Source: Ascidiella aspersa
Taxonomy: Eukaryota
Reading direction: 5' to 3'
DNA: 64,000 nt
NCBI GenBank assembly: GCA_963924565.1
Contig: OZ004612.1
Span: forward strand, 26,846,001-26,910,000
This document shows, one piece after another, positions 11,401-23,400 of the stretch. The number at the start of each line of letters is the position of its first letter. The first letter of the stretch is position 1. The position numbers and the translations under genes were made by a program. The notes beneath the pieces were generated by a model, which worked only from the letters and a program-made list of their open reading frames with translations, did no database searches and was not told the DNA's origin.

Positions 11401-14400
11401 ATTTTTGAAATAAAATATATAGGATTTAAAAAATCTAAAATCTACAAAACCTAGAATAGTATAAATTTCATGGTCAGCACAGTATCATTTTTTGTAAAAA
11501 ATTGTTCACGGTCCTTTAAAAAGCATTAAAATTTCGGAAAAACACAGGGTTTTTCAAAGACTTTCCAATACGTAAATCAATCCAAAGACTTTGTGTCAAC
11601 CCAAAGTAGTTTGTTTAAAACAAATGTTTTGGGGCGGGTTTTGGTTGGGCTTGTCATAAACAATTTTTTTAACTAACCTTAGTTAGATTTAAGTTAGGTT
11701 TACTGTGGACGCGTTTGCCTACAATGGAAACCTCGACTCGCAACAAAACACCTTTTTAGAACGATTTACTGCAGCGTTTTTGAACTTTTTTTCGCGACGA
11801 GCCAAAAACTAAAGCGTTAGTACAACAGCGACCATTTGGCGGCCCAATTCTCTTTACTGAACTTTTTAAAAGCAATATTTGTGCGGATTGTAATTTGGTC
11901 TATATCGGCGAGACTGGAAGGTCTTTCAAGACTCGCCGTAAAGAATACCAAAGGGACGTGGCAAATAACGACGAAAATTGATTTTGGTGGCGCTTCAATA
12001 ATAGCACGAGAATCAGACTACAGGAAAATATTATTTTTGGAATCGTGGAATATTCATAGGAAGGGTAACACCATGAACGTCAAAACTGACGTGATGCTTT
12101 CTGCATGCTACAAGCACCTGTTGAAGGACTAGAGGCAGTCGCTAATTACTTTCTTATCGTTTTGTTGCTCGCGTTTATTTCTGTTTTTTTCTTTTTTTCC
12201 TTTCCATTTATTGTACGAGCGTTCAGTGTCAATCACCCTGACGAAGGCGGGTTGTATAGGTTGCCGAAACGTTGGTTAACAATTACAATTACCAGAGGAG
12301 CTGTTTTTGATTTATATTACAATGCCTGGTAGCAACAGTTTATATATTTTTAAAAGCAAATTAAACAAAACAATTTAGCCTTATTCAGTGTAAAATTAAT
12401 TAATATGAGCTATTTCTTCGAATTGCTTACGCAAGATTCTCAAATTTTGGGAAAACATTTCTCAGAACCAATTCTAATAAATCTAACCGATCCACATGTT
12501 GAGAAACATGAGGTACGCTTTGTCTGACTTGGGAGAAATAAACATAGATGAAACGTACCGAGTGGGAAATATCTCCTGGTTGATACGTATCTCCTTCCAA
12601 GTTCTACGATCTTGTGCCCAACTATGCTGGACTGGTTCGAGTTGTTGCTTCCCGGCTTGGACAACTCTGTATTGAAAAACACGGAAGTTAGTCGATTGTG
12701 ATTACACTTGAGTGATAATTTGAAGTTCTTAATGTGTTGAAAGCTAAAGTCTATATCAGTGTGCAGGAATTTATTAACAACACAAATGCTTACACAAGTG
12801 GATTCATATGTTAATTAGAATGAATACAAAACAGTTTTATTAAAACAGAAACAGCATCAGTAAGTTGAACATCATTGCCAAACACCAACATGTAACTAAC
12901 AAGGCAAGCTCCTACCGCGACAAGGTAGTACCACCAACTGCCGTACGGACAATTACAATGTCAAGGCGTCATGTGCTTACTGCTCAGTGACCTTGACCAA
13001 TTGACCGCGGGACATACAATGCTTACACAATTAAATGAAATGCGCAATGTTAACCGAAAAAGCACAATGTTGCACCGCATGAAATTACAAAAGCAGTGTC
13101 GCCTTTCCAATGACTAAAATTTAACTCTAAGACATTGATCAAAAGAAGTAACCATAATAGTGCTGTTCTAAACAAGCTTAAACATTATAACAAGGGTAAG
13201 CAGTTACCGTGTTCGATAATGTTCTGCCACAGAGCTTCGACCAGTGAAGGATCGTGCAATCCGGCGCAATGGACGATGGCAAGCTTGCACTCGGCCAACT
13301 GGTAGGGTTCGGCGAATTCACGATACAGCTGTGGAAAACATACGGTCAGTGTTTTCTCATGTACTGCTTATTCTCTTCTGCAGTTACAGAATTAGGCTAC
13401 ATTTACAACTGTGACCTAGCCCTTCTGGTAAATATTTTTGGTAACAGACCTCTGAAGAAATTTAGGAAACAATTTCGGATTCCCAAAACCCGTAAAATAC
13501 CCTACAAACATGCTGTATTTTGCATTGTTGTAAACAAGACTTTTTTAAAGTCCTCAGTCATTTGCCAAATAATAAGCAAAAAAATACAAGTCAAGTCCCA
13601 GAGTAAATCAACTTCAAGTAATTTGAAATGACATAAAACCTTTATCTAAGTTATTATGAGCAATAACTAAACTAAAATCAACAGGAACGCAACATGTAGA
13701 AAGCAACTAGTTTGACTTACAAAGGTAAGTTAAATAAATCCAACTCTATTAAAAACACCTGATGTCAACTCAAGCAATTTTTCCAAAAAGATTTAAGTCA
13801 AGTAAATTCATTTGTAAAAAGTGACTCAAGTGCATTTTTGTCAACTTAAGTTATTACAACACTGGTATTTTGCTTTATATTTATATTTGCTCATGATCAA
13901 GGACAACTGATCATTTCTTGTTTTCTTGCTGTTGTATTTTTTATTGAACTGGGCTTTCTAATATATTTAGCGAACTCATTTAATTGGATTATTCTGTGAG
14001 GTCAGATTAACAGAACGAAAAGCCAAAGAAACGATTAAAAACAAAGTGGTTTCTGCTACATTCCAAGATGCAATTTTTATGGTAAAATTCAACATACAAA
14101 ATATATTTATATACATTTATTTTGTTTCAATGCGCAGTAATTTGTTTGTATATCAAGCTAAATTTAACAATCCTTTTAGAATCAAAATCAATAAACAATA
14201 ATTTGAAGTAATTTCACCATTTAAAACGTTTGCACATTCACATAGATTATTATTTACTAAGATTCAGAAAAGCTTTAAATGATAATAAGAAAAATCCCAC
14301 TAATAATAAGCGATATCTGATGATATCGGATTTGACATCTTATAGTACCGCTATTCGTTTAAATTAGGGTGGTATCAGTTTGAATTCTATTGCTCCAAAG

Positions 14401-17400
14401 CTTTAATTAATTATAACCAAGATAAACATGCACTGCATAATTGCATATGTAGCAATAACTAATACCAACACAAGATCGATGGATCCCTAACGTTTTCTCG
14501 TCAGCATTATTCAAAAACTCACAGTTGTGACGTCGACAAGCTGGGAGTTTAGTCTCGCAGCAGCCTCGTCATGATGCAGGTACTGAAGTTGCTGTAATGT
14601 TTGTAGTTGGATCTCGGCAACCTGCCAATACGATGATAAAGAAAGTGAAGCCAATTTCCCAACTATTTTTACCGTGTAAACTGTAAACCAATTAACTTAA
14701 CTAAGTTTCAAACGACAATTTACTTATATTTATTTGGTTCTTTGCCGAAATAGAAGATAGTTTAAAAATATACGTTGAACTTTTGTGATTTTCAACATGG
14801 GCTGTTTTTTTTTAATAAACACAACTTTCACTAGCGATATTAAATTGTGCAATCACTTAGCGACATTTTTTTACAAAACTACGTCACTTTTGCAAGAATC
14901 GATGACTTCACTCACCTCCAGTTTTTCTTCGAGCTCGTGCAGCAGTTGACCTCCAGTTGACCCCTGATCGGCGGTTACTGACGTCACACTTCGGGCGTTG
15001 ATCTTGGCACGTGACAAGTGCTCGATACGTTTGGATAGGTCGCGATCGTGTCTGAAATAAAACAAATTGGAAAAAGGGTAAATATTAAAATGGCTGTTTG
15101 TAGCAGTGTAGTACATATAAGTGAAGTTTCAAATAATTGTTTTGGCATTTTTAGGTAAGGTTTTCGTCATTTCGAATAAATTTGTTTTTTTAATGACCCT
15201 TTTACCATAAGAAAAAATGCTTTGGGTTGCCAAATTTTCATTGAGTCCACAAAGACATCTTTTTTCAGGTTTTTAGATTGGAATTATTTTTATTTTTTAA
15301 GTTATTGTCTTAGATGAGTGTTGCCCAACCTGGGAGTCGTTATCTCAAAGGGTTGTCTGAAGAAATAAGCAATATAAACTAAAAGTTTAGCATTATAAAA
15401 GGAGTAAAAGCAGTCGACACTCAGCTTAGATTTGTGTTATGTGGCTTTTGCTGCAGTGAACCTTCAACTAATGAATCAATCCTAGTTTCAGTCAAACAAT
15501 GTCTAATAAAGTAAATAGATGTTCAAACCGTAACTTTACCTTGTTGTGCCTCTACTTGAATCCGGACATTTAAGCCAAATTTTGATACAATCCGTCCAGA
15601 TTTATTCACAACTTAAATTTTACCAATTTCAAAATGTTTTTTTATTGACTTTCGTTTATGTATCATACACTATCATTGGGGGGTCGCGAGAACAAAAAGG
15701 TTGGAAACCACTGGTTTAGAAATGTGGTCAGTTAAACTTGTATACAGGGGTGTTATAAAAAAACATACACATAAATGCAGTTTTAGGGTTACTCAAAGTT
15801 AACTTGTAAGGTGAAAAGCGGTGTGATAATTCAAGTAAGGAAACAGTTGCTTTAGCATCAGTAGAACCCTACCCGGGTTTTTCGGCCAGGTTGGCGAGGA
15901 TTTTTGCCGCCTCCGAGTGTTGACCGCAACGCTCGTAATACTGCCACAAGAGGTCGCTACCGGTAGCGCCGATAGCGCTTGGGTTTTCGTCTTGGCTGGC
16001 GGCGACTTGGCGAAGAAATGATTCGACGAAAGGCGATGAGACCTGCAAAGCAAATGAAACAGAGTCGTTTAAATATAACTAGGGCGGACTTTAAGCGGGT
16101 GGCAATTTTTTTAGTTGATTTTAATCCTGGGCTAAATAAATAAGCATTAGAGGTCCTGGAGATAAATTCGTTCAATTTCAAAAAAACAACGAGCATCCTT
16201 TTTACTACAAACAAAACAGGGTTGTCACGCAATTTTGGAGAATAAATTCAAAGACACAAGAAAATATTTCTAAGAAAATTTACAGTTTTTTAAAGACTGG
16301 AATAAATCACTCGTCATGTTTTAAATATAATGAAAAAAACAAAAACAAAAAAACATCAGAGTTTTTAAATTTATAAGGTTTTTAATGTGCAGATCAAAAG
16401 ATATGCAAAGACTCAAAAAGATGAAGACTATATAGCAAACCTGGAACAATATTTCCAGACTGGGTAACGGGAGAAATATCGGCCGAGATATTTCTAATTT
16501 TACAGGTTTAATAAGGCATAGAGAGCTCAGAAAAACAAAAAGATTCTTACCCTGAGCAATTGACCGGTCAGTCCCTTTCCTATCATCCATTCGTATATGG
16601 TCACGTGTAGCAGCTCGTCGGATGAGGCCAACGCTCGCTGGAGACAACTTTCAGCCTGAAAAATCGACAACATCTTTGTAATACATTTCTATACCTGCTT
16701 GTATCCCTATCAGTTAACGTGTTAACTGATAAAACAATTGTGTCTCAGCTTTTGTAAGTGAGGTTTGAATAGATTTCAGTCACTTTAACTGCTGATGCTG
16801 CTGATGCAAGTTCGTAATGAAACGTCTTAATAATCAAGATGATGTCGATTTACTCAACCTTTTTGACTTTGAAATTCATTGTTAAGCTACATTACAGATT
16901 AGTGCATAGTGTAACCTAATAAAAATAGGTACTTTTGAAGTGGCCTAACACCAGGTGATATCCAAGATATAGTTATCAGACAGGTATAGCATCACTACGA
17001 CCGTTTTTTAAAGAAATTACTTAGTTAAAGATTTTCAACAGACACATGTAGTTTGGGTACATCTGGTATAGCCAGGTGGAATATGTGAACGTGTCGAATA
17101 TGTGTTAGGTCAATACAATAGATGTCGCACACATGACCAATTGATGTCTGGACAAGCCTAATAAAGCGTTTTTTGAACAAATCAATCTCGATCGCTGGCT
17201 TGGAATGCAATTAATGCTCCAAATGTATAATAAGTGCTCTTGTGATTTTTTTACTGAACCAGTAGGTCTCTAAAAAATATTTCATTCGATCGCAACCAAA
17301 CATAAGCTGGCTATAATTGGTATTTACGATTGCCAATGTGGCACAGTTAGAATATACTGTCACCGCAAAATTTTATACGTACCAACGTTTCGACCACCTA

Positions 17401-20400
17401 TTCAGGCAATCTTCTTCAGGGCATAATTTAAAGTAAGAAATTTATATCGTGTATATGGCTGCCCTGGCATAGGCACAAAAATCGCTTTAAAAAACGACTG
17501 GCGTTTTACGAGTGGAACGTACAGTGTGTTCACATGATGCATTATATTCTTTCCTGGTGCATTATATTCTTGATTTTACAACTCATGTTAAAACACTCAC
17601 GAATTGTTGGGCTTCTTCTGGTTGAAGGGGCGCTGAAAACACCCCCAGGCCGTCCTGACTGGGGGTGCTTTTGGGGGGTCCTGGCTGCGTGGGAACACTT
17701 GGCGCCGCAGGGTGGCTCTGTCCGGCCGCCATTAGTTCCTCAAGCATTTCAATGATGCACTTGTAACACTCCTGTCTGTTGAGTCATAAAGAAAAGAGAA
17801 GATTAGGCGAAATTGAGGTTGAATGTTTTTTTTACGATCGACAAATAAAAATAGTATTTTTCATAAGCCATAAAAAAGCACTTGTTAATACAACACACAC
17901 AAAGTACGGTTTTGACCATTTAGGTTTTATTCCGATATATACCGTTTTACAACTGTTGGGTATTAGTCCAATTTTTGATTTTTTTTCAAAATTGATTTTG
18001 GTCTGATTTCGATCTTTGAGAGTTTGATTATAACAGGTTAAATACTAAAACAGTATATGAACAATACCGTTCTCGCCGTATTGCGATTAGTCTTATCGGT
18101 AAGTAACATCATACAATAATATTGTCGGTATTAAGCGGATAATCTGGCCTTCGAATCAAATTGGTTGTAACTTTCTATCGAATTGGTAACCGTAATTAAT
18201 TGAAAAAAATATTGTTTTATGCGTTTTCCACATACTGCTTCGCCCAGTTGAACTTACCTGGCTAAGTAGGCCTTCCTAAAGTCGGGGTCCACCTCAGGGT
18301 CACTGGCTCCATGTGGTGAATGGTAAAGCTTAAGAGCAAGCCCTTCCTCGTCACGCTTGAGGGCAGCAGAGAGACACAGGTCCACTGCTCCGGTGTAAGA
18401 TCGCACTAAACAAAAGGGTGGGGTAATATACAAAAAATAAATAAAATAAAGGAAAAGTAACTTTCAAAAAAATCGAATTAATCAAGTGATATGAAACCTG
18501 AACACACACATGTGTGTTTACAACTGAAATCTAGCCCTTCTGAAGATGCTTTTTGACCAACGATTACGGCTTACATATCATTAGTACACCGAAAGCCATT
18601 GCAGACTATTCACCGAATCTGTCGATCAATGATGCAAGCAGGGCAGACTAGAAAAACAACTGGCCTGTTGTGAGATTCGAACTCACGATCTCCGGTCAAG
18701 CCAGGACCGTCGCTCTACCAACTAGCTATGCAGGCTCAGAGAGGCCTTTTTTTCTTTCTATTTGATATGTAGAGTTGCGCTAAACGCTTTTAGTGGTTTA
18801 CTTTAGATCGGGTGGTATTGTGCGTTCTCTAATGAGTAATCAGAAAATGTGTTTAGCGTGTGTACCTGCTTGGAACTGCTGCACCACCAATGGTAAATTG
18901 ACCGAGTGGGCGATTTGCTTGAAAAGATGCGAAGCTTCCTGGAGCAGTTCTTGTCGCTGGGTGGCGGTACTGGTGCGTGCCGCTCCGAGCAATTCACTCG
19001 CCTGAAAATATTAGGGTAAAACATTCAGTTCGGCAGATTAATCTGGCTTGTGGCTCATTTTCCAAAAAATATTTTTTTCCTTTTTTTAACATTGTTTTAA
19101 ATAAATCGAACTTGTAAGGCATCCTCACCTATATTCCCACTGTTACCAGCTTGTCTAAACAACAACTCGGTTTTTAACATTTGACTAGGGATATTCGATA
19201 ATACCAAATGTGGATGTGATAGCATCGTTACTGGTCGGATACTGAAATTAATTTTTCAATGAAAGTTTGTCTATAGAATTTTCTAATTTCTAATTTTATT
19301 AGAAAACAGCATAAACAATTGAACTAAAAAGAAAGGTAAATTGATGTCGTGACAAAAATCTAAATTCTGCTTCATAACCTTCAACAATCCGATTTTTAAG
19401 CTCAACTTGATTAAGTCCGACTGCATTAAGTGATATTAGAGCAAGGGCTGCGGAGTCGGTTAAAATAACTCGAGACGAAAAACTAGAAATGCGGGAGTCG
19501 GTGAAAGTTGTAGCTTTGGCAGCAGTAGTCGTCCGACATTCAAATTACAGTTTATGCATTACAGAAGCGTTTCTTAACCAGGGGTATATGTACCCCTTGG
19601 TGGTACGAAGCACCAAATCAGGGGGTACGACAAGCAGTGTGAAATTATGCGTTATTTAGGCATATTTGTGAAGAATGCGTACTAACGAAAAGCAACAACT
19701 AAGAAGTCATTTAGTAAATTGACTGATTGTTTGTTTGTTGTAAATATTGTTGAACTTGCAAGACTGTTTTTAATCCATGCATTCAACACGTAAAACGTAA
19801 ATTATAAGTAAACTGTGTTTAATTCCTATTACTACAATTTTATTTACTTCCGTCGGCCATTGTAGACAGGGGGTGAGAAAATTTCATGAAAGCTCAAAGG
19901 GTACGAGCGCTTAAAAGGTTAAGAAACACTGCATTACAGCTTTGTTTTGCGATCCAACATAAATTTTCAGCAAAGTTTAGAAAAACATTGCAATAACGAT
20001 AAAGATAAAAAGCTTTCTAACAGAAAAGCAAATTTTGTTAAATAACCCCAAAAAACAATAACAAAGCACGGCTAATATTTCAGTTCGATATTCATACTAT
20101 ATATTTTAGGAAATATTACTGGGTACGATTCTATACTTAAATAATGTCAATAAATTGTCAAATAAGCAGATCAGAACAAATAAAGCCAAAAATTGCGTCA
20201 ACGTAGTAAACTTGATTTATCTTGAATTCTTAAAGTAAAATTTTCTTGGAATTGGAAATACCTTTTTCTAGAGTGAAATCCACTGCATTTAATCGCTAGG
20301 CAAGTAGGCATGGCTAAATATCTTATATAATGATTTGGTATCGGATGAGCACCGATACCACCCTAGTATCAGACGAGTAACGATACTACCACTTGGCATC

Positions 20401-23400
20401 GGTATCGGCTGGCTCAGGTCCGATAATAATCTACTCTGTAGTGTACACCAGCGGTTGCAAAGCTTTTCTAAAAATTTTGCAAGGATCCGTTGATCCATGT
20501 TTCTTGTAGTACACTAGTGGAGTCACAATTATTTCTAATGTAACAACTTCCTAACTAATGCGAACGATTCGCTGATAGCAGATAGTACGGCACAATAGAT
20601 GCTTTATGATGTCACAAGAGACAACACGCTATATGATCGAATAATAATAAAGTAACTAAAGACAATAGCAATATCAGATAATGTTTAGAACATAGAGTAA
20701 TATTTAAAAACATTCGCTAAAGCCTAATGTTATAAAACTTAAATACTCATTCTCACTGCGGACCCTTTGAAACTGTTGTACGGACCCCAGTTTGGGAACC
20801 GCTGGTGTACAGTCCTAATAACGAGGTCAAAACAATTGCAACAAAAAGTAACCTTTGAACAGACAGCGTCATCTAGCGAGTAAAGTGAGGGGCAAACCTC
20901 CCTCAGCTGTGCGCTCAGGGCGTCCACGGTTGAGTGATCATCGATGTACTTCGTCACCAGCGTCGAAATAAGGGCGCCACAGACCTGAGTTTTTAAAGAA
21001 CAAAAAATTATCTACTTGACAATCACAGAAACATCTCTCGACCAATCCGCCTCAAAGTCTCCCCCGCAACCCCCAAAAGCCAATTTTAGACTACACATTA
21101 GTTACATATTGGCGTAAGAGTTACCGACAACAAGATCTTAAGTCTGTTTGTTTTATGACGTCATTCCTTGGACCACGCAATCCAAAAATATATTTTAGGA
21201 GGCCGTGTTAAAAAAAGTTTAAGAACCCCTGCTTAAACAGATTAATATGGAAATATTTACTACCTTGTTTATTAGTAAAAAAACACAGTAAAATCAAATA
21301 AATTTCATAAAAAACATGAACCGATATATCGGATTTCGGATATTTCGAACTATTTGTATAAACGTAGGTTCATTTTACGTGTTAAGACAGATTTTTGACT
21401 TACGTTTTCGCCTCCCAAAACCAGATCTTGGAAGACGATGGACTTTAGGGAAACTTGGTGTGGCTAAAAACACAGCAACAATATATTAATGATCTCAGTA
21501 TTTAGAAATAAAAAGGATTTTTAGTACTTAAAAAAAACAAATCATTAGAAAGTTTTGTTCTTTGACGTTTCTAGTCTGTCTTCCGGAAATTGACGACTAC
21601 ATAGTAATAAGAAACACGTAAAATTGCACCTAAATCTAAGCAATTTAAATTAAACCGAAGTATACGAGACTTTGAATTTACACGAATACTTGATTTCCTT
21701 AAAAAGTCAAAAAGCATTTGTCCGAAAAAACATTAAAAAAAACATTCAAATTAAAAGACTTTTCAAAATGTAAATCAATTTAAATTTTGCACAGACTTTG
21801 TGGCAACCCTATATCTTTTCTCATTGATTTGTCTTTTTTCGCTATCCCCTGTAAGCCAACGAAAAATAGCTTACCTTGTCTAGTGAGTCGTAGAGCACGT
21901 GGATTTGATGATGAAGCAGAAGTCTCCACAACCCTAGCACCTGGACACTTCGCTGAACCAGCTCGGATAGAAACTGCATCGACACAAGTTCGGCAGCCAC
22001 TGCGTCCGCTTGGGGAGGTAGAGGGCATTAGTAAGGTTCGAAGATTTTGGTAAATTCGATTAGAGCATGTCGATTCAAAGACAGATCCTTGGCGTTAAAA
22101 TAGAATAGAACGTGTAACAATAAAAAATGCTAAATTCGCGCGATTATGAGCGATAACTCGAGTAACGTAAACGCAATTTTTATGTGTAAAAACCGAAGAT
22201 AAATAATCCAATTTTATAAAAAAAATTAGGTCATTTAAAAACAGTGACTCAGGTGTTAAGTCGTTGCAACATTGTTACACACAGTTTTTCACTCCCCCTC
22301 TCGCCAATACGAGTTTCATTTGCTCCGAGCGAGTACCAATTGACACCGAAAGCAAAAATTAATTGTTGTTGACCTACTACTGGATTTAACTCGTTGATCT
22401 GCGACAAATTATTGGGTAAACGCCAAAGCATGAAGCCAAATAATGCGTAAATCGCTAACGATACACGATTTCGGAACTACAAAAATAGGTCCTACAAGTA
22501 ATAGTCAGGTCTAAAATCTTACTAAATGACAACTATGTATGGTACGCACCTAAATTGAAGGGTTTAATTGTTGGAAACAAACATAGAGTTAGAAAGAAAA
22601 ACAGACAGCGTGTCGTTGTTTTGTTATGATATTTCGTCCGGGCGAGTGCTGATTGGTAGCAGGGTTGCCAGATAGAAAAAATAAAAAAAGCCAAAATTAC
22701 TCTAAAAAAAGGCCAAAAAAAGCCAAATCTACTACAAACTCTAACAAGTCTATGTTTTTCCCTAAATAAATAAAAAATGCAATAAATGGTCATGCTGGTA
22801 CATTGAATTTCTCTTTTTGTGGCATTTTTTTTTTTTTTTTCTTTTTTTGAAAAAATAAAATCCAAAGAGGTTCAAAACAAGCCTAAATTTTCAAATTTGG
22901 CTTTAAAAAATCCTAACTGGCAACCCTGATTGGTAGACGGTCGCCCGATTGGCAAGTGCACATTTCAAATTAATGTCACCACTGTAGGCAAGGTTTTACA
23001 AGGTCATTAACCAGGGCCATCGGTCACATATAAACGCGGAGTTTGGGGTAACTAGGGTGAGCCAACTTAGCAGAAATTTGGAGTGCTCAGCCCACCTTAA
23101 ACAATGACAAATCTTACTGTAAATACTGTGAATTTCGCGCTTTGAGACTCTGGCAGCTATTTAGCACTATTTTCCATGACGCAATTCAGCAAAATACTTT
23201 CCTAACAAATAAACTATTAGTTTTGAGTAGTTGAGGTTATTAATACGAACGTTTAGTTATTTTTATTCGTTATTAAGGCGCATACCCTAAAAAGCGAGGC
23301 ACAACCTAGTATTGTATCCCAAAAGTTAAACACATACACTCCAAAATCGAACGCATGAGTCTTGAAAAGCGGCTCACCAAGGTTTCTCCTGTGCATCTCG

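Noticed and set aside
18538-18600. CTGAAGA...CGAAAG as a further hammerhead
   Set aside because: No convincing stem II or stem I, and the spacing is too long.
18661-18735. Functional tRNA-Ala(GGC)
   Set aside because: Acceptor-stem mismatches, atypical anticodon loop and a rarely used anticodon; reported only as tRNA-like.
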